This document shows positions 1 through 11,375 of a DNA stretch of 64,000 nucleotides, piece after piece; positions within the stretch are counted from its first letter, which is position 1, and every line of letters begins with the position of its first letter. Position numbers and translations under genes: made by a program. The notes under the pieces are model-generated. The model was not told where the DNA came from. It did no database searches and saw nothing but the letters and a program-made list of their open reading frames with translations. Origin of the DNA: Hydrolagus affinis (lineage: Eukaryota); assembly GCA_012026655.1 (NCBI GenBank), contig JAAILG010000882.1, forward strand, positions 1-64,000. Direction: 5' to 3'.

Positions 1-69
<69 letters not shown>
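1..69. repeat. (TAGA)n microsatellite, truncated by the window edge, followed by a compound GA/CA tract to ~157
   Basis: Perfect TAGA tandem array read directly from the sequence. Confidence 0.98.
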
Positions 70-159
70 GGGGGGATGTGAGAGAGGAGAGAGACACAGA
101 CAGAAAAACACAGAGATGGAGAGAGTGAGTGTGAGAGACACAGAGAGAGAAAGAGATAT

Positions 160-318
160 TTACCTCCTGAGGAGATAGGCCCCGAATGCGCGCGCACCTC
201 CGAATGCACGCACACCTCGCGAGTCGCGAAAACTCCGAAAATATCGATATCTTGGTTTATCTCGATATGAGCCCATCGATATATCTAAATCGGAAAATTT
301 CCATATCGACGGACCCTA
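160..318 (+). mobile_element. Right end of a hAT-type MITE (same family as 35809-36248)
   Basis: Ends ...GGAAAATTTCCATATCGACGGACCCTA, identical to the 3' end of the 35809-36248 element. Carries 2 copies of the 18-bp CCGAATGCGCGCGCACCT unit. The left TIR is not in the window. Confidence 0.85.
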
Positions 319-510
319 GGTCAACCATAACCTAAAAGTAAAAATTACTCATTCATTTCATGGCTATTTGTGGGATACTGCTGTGTGCAAATTGGCTGCT
401 ATGTTTGCCCACAAAACACACAGGCAACATGATTCACCTTACAGTGTATCCCATGAAGTGTTTGGGACAGCCTCCTGACATAAAGACACTATACGAAGTG
501 TAAGTTATCA
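319..510 (+). mobile_element. 3' half of a Deu-domain SINE, probably interrupted by the hAT MITE
   Basis: TTTGTGGGATACTGCTGTGTGCAAATTGGCTGCTATGTTTGCCC plus a decayed L2-type tail, matching other copies in the window. Confidence 0.7.
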
Positions 511-515
511 TTATA

Positions 516-1022
516 CAGTAGAAGCCCGTTTATCCGGCACCTGCAGGACCTGGCCAATGCCGTTTAAAGCACGGCAATCGATATTCGATTTTAGTTGCGT
601 GACTTTACTAGCTGCAAGCCGAAGACCTAGACTCTACTAGCAGTAAACCGAAATACTGCACCTGCGTGACATTGTGGGTTATCGGCTTGCCGCTAGTATG
701 ACTTTAAAGTCATACGTGCTCCGTTTTTTTTCACCCACGTGGTGTGCTCCATTTTAAAAAGAATCGCTGGACTATAAACCTCAACTGCAGCATCATGGCT
801 TCCAGCACAGCATCTACCACCAAAGGTAAAAAGCGCAAGAGAGTAGTACCAATAAGTACCAATACAATATTCTGTTATTATGTTATTATTTATGCATTTA
901 CAAATGCTCCACTGCTATTGTTCCAGATAAATTCCGGTTTATCGAATGGGGACTTTATTTTTGGTGTGCCGGTTATACGGAAATGCCGGTGCATCGAGTC
1001 ACGGATAAACGGGCTTCTGCTG
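516..1022 (+). mobile_element. pogo/Tigger-like (Tc1/mariner superfamily) non-autonomous element retaining the transposase N-terminus
   Basis: TA target duplication (514-515, 1023-1024). 21-bp TIR CAGTAGAAGCCCGTTTATCCG with 1 mismatch. Internal ATG at 795 gives MASSTASTTKGKKRKRVV, like the basic start of CENP-B/pogo HTH transposases. Confidence 0.85.
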
Positions 1023-2344
1023 TATATCACAATCAAACTCGGTGTTTCTTCATCTGCACATCCCATCTTTAGCCAACAGAATACCTAGGACCTACTCCAA
1101 TTTAGATTTTTCTAGGTTCATCCTTCTATCGCTGATATAGTATTCTACTTCATTGGTAAAGAAAATAATTACCTTTTCTGACCAAATTTGATATCTATCT
1201 ATGAGTATAAAAGTACATACAAAATCACTGAAAAGGCTCATTTCACTTTCCCATACAGATTCATTTATAATATGTTCTTTTACATAGACAAAGTTTCAGA
1301 GTTTAGAAATTTCCCTTCATCTTTGCCTGTAAAACTATTTTGTCTCAAAATGTAAGAGCGCACACAAATTCACTTTTCCACTGTGCTTAAAAACAACCGA
1401 TTTCTAAATTATGACTGAATACAGGAATTGACCACTACTCTGCGTGGACTTCTATTTTAAGACAAGATGCTCCTAAAAGCTAAGACTAGGTAGATTTCAA
1501 ACCTCTGGAGTCTCCTATCGAGAATAATAGCACTATGCTCCTTGGAGAAATAAGTCTAAGATGCTGGATACCTGGGGGAAAAGGGCATGTATCCAGGATA
1601 CACTCCAAATACAGATTAATGCTGCTGTTTGACACATCTGTGTAGCTCCTGCCAGGAATGCTGGCTGATGTGGAGAACATTTAGCAGACTGCTAAGCTCC
1701 TATAGCAACATAATCTTCATGGGAGTTTCCAGAGGCTTCACTTTTAAAGGAGCAAGTTGAGGAGATGCTGAAAAGCTTCAAAAAACACCAGTAGAATTTC
1801 AAAACAATTCCTAGCATTGCTTCTGCAGTGCCTCAACTGGTCACCTACGTGACTTGATGCCCAGCTTATAGATTTGATTTGAAGCAGGATGTAGCCTTTC
1901 TCTTTCATATATTGGGCAGGGATAGAACCAAACTTCTGCTCTGTCCAATTGGTACTCCCACAGCATTGATGTGTTGTCACTAGCTATCCCAATAGTGCAG
2001 GCCTATGAATACAACAAAACATCTAACTTTTCCTGTGCAGAAGGTATTTATGGAGGCTGTGAGTGAAAAGGACTCTTCCATTTAATTCATTTTTATAGAA
2101 TTTCTCAGCAGGTTAGAGCAACAAACTAGGGCCAGTCAATAAATGGGTATTTGGCTGCAAGGTATAAAGTAACTACTATACTTCTATCTCAGGCCATAAA
2201 GAAAGACAAGGTGGAATTTTAGTCTGGAATCTCAATGCATTTGTTTCTCCGTGAGTGGACTAATTGCCTTATGCAGTAATAACAATTATCCTTACCTTAC
2301 CACATTGTTAAACTACCTCAAAGCCATCCACAAGACTGCCCTAA

Positions 2345-2565
2345 AGTGTATTTACGGTTTTTGTAGCTGAATACAACAGCCAATTTGCACATAGCCATGT
2401 CGCATAAACACTTTTTTTCTGGGGGAATGTTGGCTAGACCAGTAAGAGAAACTTCCTTCACTGCACTTTTCAAATATTATTATGGGATTTTAACGGCTAC
2501 GTGACACATGGATGGGGATCTCGGTTCAGCATCTCATTTGAAGAACAGCACCTCTGACACTGTTT
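2345..2565 (-). mobile_element. Decayed Deu-domain SINE fragment
   Basis: CAGCCAATTTGCACATAGC...ATGGGATTTTAAC...ATCTCATTTGAAGAACAGCACCTCTGACA, the reverse complement of the + strand copies. Confidence 0.65.
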
Positions 2566-2734
2566 TAAGACTATCGTTATTTATAATCTAGTGAACCCCC
2601 ATTATGAAGTAGTTCATTAGAGGGCAGGTTTGGGTATAGTGTGTTTGGGACTTTGATCTCGACATTTACCTAAACTAGTGATGGCTAACTCATAACCGGA
2701 AGCAGCCTCCAAACATTCATACCAGTCTGAGTAA

Positions 2735-3452
2735 CAACAACAACAACTTTGATTTATATAGCACCCTCCACGCCGGACGGCGTCTCAGAGCGCTTTACAA
2801 TAGCGGATCCCAGGACCGAGCCCGGGGCAGGGGCAGAAAGGTGACCAAAAGCGCGGTCGAAGAGAAAGGTCTTCAGCTGTGACCTGAAACTTGGAAGAGA
2901 GGGGGCGAGGCAAAGGGAGTGAGGAAGGGAGTTCCAGAGCCTCGGGGTGTAGTGGCTGAAGGCACGGCCGCCGAGGGTGGAGTGGAGGATTCGGGGGACA
3001 TGGAGGAGGCCAGACCCAGAGGAGCGAAGGCAGCTGGTGCTGGGTTGGGGGGAGAGGAGATCAGAGAGATAGGGGGGTGCAGAGGAGTGGAGGGATTTGA
3101 AAACAAGGGTGAGGATCTTGAAGTCGATCCACTCTGGGATAGGGAGCCAGTGAAGTCTGGCAAGGACTGGGGTAATGGGGAAGCGAAGCTTAGAGCGGAT
3201 GAGTATGCGGGCGGCAGAGTTTTGGATTAGCTGGATTTTGTGGATTGTGGTCGAGGGGAGACCAGAGAGGAGGGCGTTGCAATATTCCTGCTGAGAGGTG
3301 ACAAAGGCATGGACCAAGGTTTCGGCGGCTTTTGAGGTGAGGTATTGCTGGAGACAGGCGATCCGTCAGAGGTGGTAGAAGGCAGTGCTGGTAATGGACC
3401 GGATGTGGGGGAGAAAGAACAGTTGGGGGTCAAACCTGACGCCTAGGTTGCA
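2735..3452 (-). mobile_element. Young 5'-truncated L2-clade LINE (ORF2 C-terminus, 3' stem-loop, (TTG)n tail)
   Basis: ORF 2754-3317 contains YCNALLSGLP...IQNSAARIL...LHWLPI...RAFS...LWNSLP...LKTFLF, the typical L2 ORF2 end. (TTG)n tail. Possible 6-bp TSD GAGTAA at 2729-2734 and 3453-3458. Confidence 0.93.
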
Positions 3453-4227
3453 GAGTAAGTTCATGTTCTATCAATAGATTTTTATTGATTGAAAATTTCT
3501 TGATTTATGGCATATAAGAAATATTCAATCAAGAAAATGTATTTTGTTGGCCAGCCAAAATGGTTGGCTTGGTCATCAAAAACGTAATAATAATAATACT
3601 CACATTTGATATTGGACCTTATCATGTCTTTGAGATGACTCAAAGTGCTTCACACCATATACTGTAAAGTGAAGTGTATTGACTATACATTATTAAACAA
3701 ATTACCCAATATTTCGTTTGTAATTTCATGATTGTAGTTTCATCACATGCGCACAAAAGGTACATGCACAAAATGCAGGAGTGACGTTGATAGTAATATG
3801 ATGACCTGCGTCGGTCAGCATTTCGTCTTTCTGCATTCATGCACAGTGAATGTGGAAGCACTGACTGATGATCACACCCTGTTAAAATGCTGGTTTGGAT
3901 TTTATGGATCTCAAGTACAGGCAGTATAACATTATAACATGGATTCACCTACAGTATGATTGAGGTGTTGCTTCAAAATGCTGGCTAATTGCACACTGAG
4001 TAAGAGGTTGTCGCACTTTGCCAGCTTTTTGCGCACATGGACAGTGGTTGTAGAAGTTCTGACCCATTGTGAAGCTAGTTTTATCGACCCCAACTACTGT
4101 GCTATAACACCAATTTACCTGAATTTGCCATTTGCAACCTGAACCTGTGTCTTCCTGATCTGTTGCACTGGCATATCTGAAAATATTATTTTACATCTCT
4201 TGCCTTCCTCTTTGCCAACTTCTACTT

Positions 4228-4292
4228 AAGCGCTCTGAGACGCCGTCTGGCGTGGAGGGCGCCATATAAATCAAAGTTTTTGTTGTTATTAT
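4228..4292 (+). mobile_element. L2 3' tail only (same family as 2735-3452)
   Basis: AGCGCTCTGAGACGCCGTCTGGCGTGGAGGGCGCCATATAAATCAAAGTTTTTGTTG. Confidence 0.8.
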
Positions 4293-5109
4293 TCAATCCA
4301 TGGAGGACTCATGCCTCCTAATTTTAATTAATATGTGCTGTAGCCTGCTTTTATTCATGTTGAACTTAATTTGCCAGTCGTCAGCTTTCTTTGTAAGATC
4401 TTTGTTGCCTCCTTACCCATGCTGCTCAGTGAAATGAGTTTGCGAAGGATTCTTGTGATACTTTTCAAAAGCCTTTTGGAAGTCTAGTACACTGCATTAT
4501 ATAGTTTCCTATAATTTCACTTGAAGAAGGAAGCGGAGTAGCACAAATTTAAACTTTTCTGGATGCTGGACATGGGTCAGATCAACACATGGGAATTCCC
4601 CTTGGAACATGTTAAATGGGAACTTTAATGAGATTCCTTATTAAAGACTCTTGTTAAGAAATACCTCAAATTAAACCCCTAAAGGGACAGATCAAGCTGG
4701 AATAGGTAATGCATCAGTTGGGAGAAAAGCAACAGTCTCTGCAGCAGTGGTAGACTTAATGGTGACCTGTGAATTCTTTTTTTTGGGTGATAAATCTAAT
4801 GTTTGAGAAAACATTTGCTTAGGTTTTAGATGACCTTTGAAGCTTAACCATGAAACTGCAGAGGATGTCACTCTTTGAAGAAGCAAAGAGATAATTTACG
4901 AACAGAAGGAAGTGAAATAAATGAACTTTATTCATTTTGGAATGTATTTGGAAAACACACTCAAACAGCAAAAACTTCACATTACTATCTGGTCAGACCA
5001 CAAGAACAACAAATTGCATCTGTGCTAGCATCTTTCACATCTCACAGTGCAGGACATCTCACAGTGCAGGACAGTTTGGGATTTGCATCTGAATTGGCAA
5101 TTGGATTCC

Positions 5110-5545
5110 AGTGATGTTGGGGCCAAGGAGAATGGGGGTGGGAAGATGACCAAGATGAGGCAAAGAAGAAGCTTGTGAGGCTGACCGTGATGTAGGCGAA
5201 GGAAGAGGTGAGATGAAGGGTCTCCAGGATGGAGTACCAGAGAGTACCATAAAGGCTGAAAGCCTAACCATCGATGATGGGTCAGACAAGGAAGGGGATG
5301 TGAAGCACGCAAGTGTGCCTGCCAAGCGGAGAGAGTGGATCGGTTGGTAAGGTTTCAGAAAGTCACAGAAGTAGACATGGTGCAAGACCATGGAGGGCTT
5401 TAAAAGTGAGGATGAGGGTATTGAACTCAATTCTCTGGGCAAACAAATAAGGATGAGGGTAATAGGCTCATGGAGCCTGGGACAGGAGTTCTGAATAGTC
5501 TGTAGCTTTGAGTTTGGAAGTCCGGTGAGCAGAGAGTTGGCCTGA
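5110..5545 (-). mobile_element. Old L2 ORF2 C-terminal fragment
   Basis: Minus-strand translation NSLLTGLPNSKLQTIQNS...YQPIHSLR, frameshifted and degraded. Confidence 0.7.
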
Positions 5546-7354
5546 ATGTAAATGTTTTTCAGCAGAGAAATCCCATATACATCATATTGATTTGTAACTG
5601 AGAGAGATCTCCTTGGAGCGGAGGTCTCAGAAGTCAATGTGATATACAGCAGATTTCCTGAAGAAAACTTGAGTTTATGTTGCAAGCTACTTTTCTGGTG
5701 TAAGCAGTTGTGGTGTTTGAATCAAAATGCTTTTACAACTCAATACTAGATAGTGCTTTAAAGAAAAGCAACTTTAAGATCATATTAATAGTACAGTATA
5801 GGATTTGAAATTTGTTACTTCATCCATCTTCATAGCTAGGTGTTTGATATGATGCTGATTTGGGATTTTTAAGCTTTTTTAAAAAAAAATCATCTTGTTC
5901 AAAAAGTACTATTGCTTTTTGTTTCCACCATCCAAAGGACATTTTATTGTTCTTTGATCTGTGAAATACAACTTTGCTATTGAAGGCAGACCTGATCCTG
6001 ATGGCAGTGTTGCCGTTTAACGGAGTTCTGTTTTTGAAGTGCTGAAAAGCAAGTGGTAATGTGACTTTTCAAGGCTCCTCCTGAGATTCCAAACAATATA
6101 CTGTAAATAGCTGCGCATGCATTTTTCTAGTCGCAAGTAAGCTTTTACAAGTTCAGCCTGTGCAGGCCTTCTGTAGGTAGTGGAAAATGTCCAGACCTGA
6201 GGGGTCTCCAGTAGCAGCTGTCAAATAACTACATGCAACACTTACATCTTCCTAGCCGTTTGACCATTTACCATCAGTGCTGTGGAACCTAACCTCGAGT
6301 GTAAGTGGGCCAAAACCCACAATATGTGAGGCCCCAGCATATGCAGAGCTTACTTGTTGTTGAAGCTGCTCATGCAATATAAAGGGCCATTTGTTTCGTT
6401 TAGTTGTCTGTGGTGATGAGCCCACAGCTGTGCAGAAGATTTGAATAATTTAGTATCCTAGTGTTTACGACAATTGAAAGGGTTTCAGCTTTGCCTCATC
6501 AGGCTTTTATATAGGTCACATGTTCTGTCTTGTCACAAGGTCACATTACCCCAGCATTGCATTGTTACCGATTTGCTTTCATTTTGAAAGTGACCAGCAG
6601 CTGTTTTGATTTAAGAAATTGTCGAATGTCGCGTTAAACTTTTACAGAGTTTTAGGCCAATTTTACAGTTTGTTGTACAAACCAATGCATGGCATGTGCT
6701 GGATACTGCTGTAATAGTGACCCAATTCTGTGACTGGTCATATTTATTCAATTTCTTTCAATTTGAACCATGGCATCTCAGTCTCTCGTTCCTTGTCGTA
6801 GGATCAAGGGAAAGTGAATGTTTGGGGTATCCATTGCTGAGTTGCCAAGTTACAGAAGCAAATTTCATTGAGGTTGGTTACCTTGCCCTACAATGTCCAC
6901 CCCAATCTCTTGACTCATTCCACAAAGTAAATTGAATATGTTCAGTGCTGGAAATGCACGTTTTAAGACCAGCGAGAATTCTAGTAGAAGTGCTGAATTG
7001 CACACAAATTTCTTTTAAGACATTTTTCTCCACTTCTAAACACAAAAGTTTGTAGTAAAGATTACATAAGATTTTGGATAATTGGAATTAGTTTGTGAAA
7101 AGGTCTGTACAAACTTGGGGAGGGGAGAGTTATACCTGCTTATTAAAAAAAATGAAAAATATGTGAATATTAGCAAATTAAAGTGAACCCTGAAATAGCA
7201 ATGCTGCTACATACAACATTTTGTTATAAATGGACAATCAAACAAGTTGTTTCCTTTTGTGTCCTGATAACAAAGAAAGTTAAAGCTGTCATGGTTTGCT
7301 TCGAAGCAGTTCTCAAATTTTATTTTGTAGCAATTTTCAATCCCAGGACTTTAC

Positions 7355-8000
7355 ATCACTGAAGAGGGCCATTTGGCCCAAGATCTTCATTCTGGCTTTG
7401 AAGGAGTAATCCAATGAGACCCATTTATCTGCTATGTTTTGCTCCATGCTCCTTCAGATTACTCCTTGTTAGATACCTGGCTAGCTCATGTTTGAAAACA
7501 TATATGGGTCCTGCCTCAACTGTTGTTCCTTGTAGGGCATTCCACACCCTAATAATGATCTGTGTAAAATTGATTACTACTAATCTTCCCTCTTTGAACA
7601 TTTGGTGAACTATCTTACATTGTGAGTTTAAGATATCATTGACTTACCAACCAGTGGAATTAATTTCTTCCCATCAACTCTATCCAAAGCCCTCTGGCTG
7701 GTCTCCACTCAACCTTCACTGTTGCAGTAAAAATAAGCCTGAGTCTTGCAGACCCATATATGATCCTAGTAAATCTCTGCAACCTCTGTTTGGCAATGAC
7801 ATCCTTCCAAAAGGAGAGTGACCAAAACTAGACACACTAATGATTTATGCAAGTTAAACCTCTTTGGTTTTATATTCTATGTCCTTATTTCAAAAGCTTA
7901 TCCTATTCTATTAGCTTTATTCACAATTTCATCCGACTACCCTCCCATCTTTAAAGATTTGTGTACATTTCATTTCTCTGGAACTTTATCCTGGGTTCTC
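7355..8000 (-). mobile_element. Old CR1-clade LINE 3' fragment
   Basis: GGCCATTTGGCCC 3' hairpin and GGGCATTCCACACCCTAATAATGATCTGTGTAAAA (reverse of the FTQRV..WN.LP region). Confidence 0.6.
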
Positions 8001-8003
8001 TCC

Positions 8004-8069
8004 ACTTTGTCCCCTCCTCTCTACCTTTAAAACTCCTATGCCTTAAAGGTGGGGAGGAGGGGACAAAGT
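8004..8069 (+). repeat. 27-bp-arm inverted repeat (hairpin) with a 12-nt loop
   Basis: ACTTTGTCCCCTCCTCTCTACCTTTAA / TTAAAGGTGGGGAGGAGGGGACAAAGT. The only 2 mismatches are U:G on the + strand. Confidence 0.9.
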
Positions 8070-9889
8070 AGGACTTTGATGTATACAAAATTAGCTACAG
8101 TGCTTGCCTAAAAAACACACAGCCACTGCACTTTACAGTAAATCTGTAAAATGCTTTGAGATGTAAATTATGCTGTGTCAAATGCAAAGATTATTATATT
8201 AATGCTACATGTTCTCCTTTCCCTTCTTTATTTTCATCTTTTATTTCTTTCAAAACTATCCTTTTCTGTTTGTGACCTACGCATTCTCTACACTTGCTGA
8301 TATTATTCCTCGTTATTTATTTGAGGCAGATATTGTAGCTGTAGTACAAATGAGCCTGATCTGTAAGATTTCCAAATTCTGTACATTCATCTATAAGATT
8401 TACTTTGCCACAGCACATCAAAAACAAAGATTGTGTGGACATAATGAGATCACGTTGCCTTGTTGGTTGTTATCTAGCAGTCGAAAACAAAAGGCACTCA
8501 TTTATTTTAGACAAGTTCTTGGAACCTGTTCACTGGGACAGATGCTGGTAGAAATTGCAAGAGACTTTTGGGCTGATGGAATTCTAGTGATCAGTAATCC
8601 CCTGTGGATGATGTAATCATAAAAATGGTCAGTCAGAATAAACAGCCAGAATGTTTTTATTTATAGGTTATTTTCATGGTGACAAGTGAGAATTGGAGGA
8701 AAGATGAATAGAAGGTTAGGAAAATGGATGTGAGCCAGAAAGGGACAGCTGTGGACAAGGACGGACATAGGTGGGGAAGACCAAAGTAAGAAATGGTTTG
8801 TAGCAACATCAAAATAGAGTCTTTGCTTTCAAGAGCTTTTCTCATCATTTTGGTCACATACCAAAGTAACCTATTAATGATTAAAGACATCCCTAGTACA
8901 GTGGAAATAATGTTTACAAATGAGCCAACTTCATACATAAACAAGTTAGGAATTATCAGCTGTCGTCTTGTTTATATCCCAGTGGTTTTGTTTCCAACAT
9001 GCTTTGCAGCTCTGAAGTTAGAAAACTGAATGTTCAGACTTCTAAGAATGCACAGTTTACAATTTTCAGATAATATGGACGGATAAAGTGTCGTCCGTGT
9101 ACCAAAATACAATCAAATATGAGATTATCTCAGGATTATTTACGTTGCATTGTCCACTTCTTAAGTAATGTCACTATGCAAAGTATTATTACTATCGTGA
9201 GTTCAACTTTTCATTTCATTGGCAATATACCCAATGTTTACTTTAAATTCAAAGAACTCACTTATTATGGGGCTTTTGATAGGCATCAGAACCGAAGGAT
9301 TCCAGTTGTATCCAATGGCAACAGTACTGAACGAAGAAGGTGCAGCAGAGGATTTGTGTTAATTTGACCTTCGTGGAGGATCTTGTTCAATTGTTGCTGA
9401 TAAACAATCTAAACATTGGAATTGTGTAGCCTTGATCTACTTTACCTGCATTCATATCATTTTGCAGAACTGCTGCAGCTTCTACACAAACCCTGTTTTG
9501 AGGGTTTCTTTTCTACTGTTGCCCCTATCAGACCTATTAGATGTGTGATGTATGTTAAACTGCAATTATGTGCTTGGCAAATTGACCCAATTGTGTAATT
9601 CTGACTCCTTACAAATTTGGAATAAATGAAAGTGGATAATTACTTCCTAAAATAGGTAATCTCAGTAAATAAACCATGCTCACATAAATACCAGCTTTAT
9701 TTCATGGAAATGGTATGCAAATTGTCACATGAACTTTATTTGGGCTGTGGCCATTGTTTACTCCATTTTAAACAGGGCATAAATGTTTTATAACAGATTA
9801 GTCTGTTGTGCCAATAGTGGCTCTTGATAATGGCTAAAATTCATGTGTTTTGTTTTAGCTGATTGGACTCCACAGTATTCCTACACACA

Positions 9890-10100
9890 CTCTGGGGTCC
9901 CCAGCTTTAGCTTTTGCCAACCTGCACCTAATACTTTCTGGAATTAGGTAAGAGATTGTGTCACCAAGAGGAGAGAGTGTTCACTGCATTTCTAGACAAA
10001 GATAATTTTTTATGCATTGGTGGCAAACATATGTTGAGCTCTGTACTGTTTGGATAAACATAGTGATGTGTTTCCACATCTGTCCTGGTTGACACAAAAA
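9890..10100 (+). repeat. Unclassified interspersed repeat, copy 1 of 4
   Basis: Shares TGCCAACCTGCACC..AATACTTTCTGGAATTAGGT..GGAGAGAGTGTTCA..GTGATG..TTTCCACAT with 11900-12040, 15805-16010 and 50410-50625(-). Confidence 0.7.
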
Positions 10101-10327
10101 ACATTGTGGTTGCATTTTGGGAAAATCCATGTAAGAATGGTGTAATGTCATGGATGAAAATAGTCCAGCACAAAGAGCATCAAAACTCATGTTGCTACAC
10201 ATTATTAATCCTGTGTTAAGACAGTATAGCTGGGAGCAAAGTTCGTAGTGTGGAGAGGGAAGTTTGATTTATTCTTTTGTCTACACTTTATAGCCAAGCC
10301 CCAACACCACTTGTCCTTTCGCATATT

Positions 10328-10620
10328 GGAGTCCTGTGGCTCAGTGGTTAGAGCACTCGCCTTACAAGCGAGAAACCTGGGTTCAATTCCCAGCAGGTCA
10401 AGGCGAAACAATGGGAAAGTTTCCTTACTCCACATGCCTGTTAATAATCCCTCAAAAAAAATCAATTCACAACTGTTTATGGGACACTGCTGTGCACAAA
10501 ATGGCTGCTGCGTTTCGTCCACAAAAATACTGTCAATTCACTTTACAGTATATTCTGTGAAGCGCTTTGAGACATCTGGAAGATGTGAAAAGCGCTATAT
10601 CAATGCAAGGATTATAATTA
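10328..10620 (+). mobile_element. Full-length young tRNA-derived SINE (family A) with a partial Deu domain and L2-derived tail
   Basis: A box TGGCTCAGTGG, B box GGTTCAATTCC, GGGACACTGCTGTGCACAAAATGGCTGCTGCGTTTCG core, and 3' hairpin AGCGCTTT..ACATCT-GGA-AGATGT..AAAGCGCT. Confidence 0.92.
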
Positions 10621-10924
10621 TGACTATGTTAATTTTTTCAGCTGTTAATAAACATAATAAACTTTTAAACAAAGCTCCATTGAAAGGACAGCTCAAGAGC
10701 AGAAATTGTGCCCAGTGACATTTATACCCATTTGGTTCATATTGCAGTGAGCACAAACCATAATTCTCCTAAAACCACATCAGAATTTCAGAGAATTGTG
10801 CAAGTTGTCCTCAATGTGGTGTTTAGCGCAAGGCTTTATTGTGGTTCTCACTGCCTTAGATATCAGAACATAACACAAGTCCCAGCAAAGGCACTATATA
10901 TAAATATTAATCTTTGAATTTGAT

Positions 10925-11375
10925 ATCGCAAATTTCATGTCAGGGAAATATTGCAAAGGATCGCAGGATGTTACTGTAAAGTGTAGTGACTGTGCATTTC
11001 CTCAGGCAAAAATGGCAGCCAATTTGTACACAGCAATGTACCACAAACAGCCATAAAGTTAATTTTATTTGAGGGATTGTTGGCAGAACACGAGGAGAAA
11101 CTCGCTTTTCAAACAGTGCCATGGGATTTTTAGCTTCCAACTGAACAAGCAGATGGTACATAGGTTTAACATTTCATTTGAAGGACAACACCTCTGACAA
11201 TGCACCACTGTCTGTATATTGAGACAGTATATTGAGGTATCTAGTAGCTCAAGGTCCTGGGCTTCACTTCAGAGACCTTTTGACTCAGTAAGTGCTCTGG
11301 GATGCTATGCTGTGTGAGGGGCATTATATAAATGCTAGTTGTTATTGTTGAGAGATATCAACTGAGCCAAGCCAA
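10925..11375 (-). mobile_element. Older Deu-domain SINE (family B, SacSINE1-like) with an L2 tail nested in its tRNA head (~11290-11350, +)
   Basis: Reverse-strand Deu core (GCCATGGGATTTTTAGCTTCCAACTGAACAAGCAGATGG). The head GACCTTTTGACTCAG...ATCAACTGAGCCAAGC is split by AGTGCTCTGGGATG...TATATAAATGCTAGTTGTTATTGTTG. Confidence 0.75.

Noticed and set aside
6470-6555. Hammerhead-like core on the minus strand (CUGAUGA-GGC AAA GCU-GAAACCC, with an upstream GGGUA)
   Set aside because: Stem I cannot form (A opposite C next to the core) and stem II is only 3 bp closed by G:U. Probably chance.
7358-7385. CTGAAGA-GGGCC ATTT GGCCC, resembling a hammerhead
   Set aside because: Followed by AAGA rather than GAAA. 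It is the hairpin of a reversed CR1 3' end.
8209-8616. 135-aa ORF and similar 60-150 aa ORFs across the window
   Set aside because: No recognisable domains, composition reflects AT-rich non-coding DNA or repeats, and many start at non-ATG codons.
10328-10400. tRNA gene
   Set aside because: A and B boxes are present, but there is no proper acceptor stem and it continues into a SINE body. Multiple diverged copies exist in the window.
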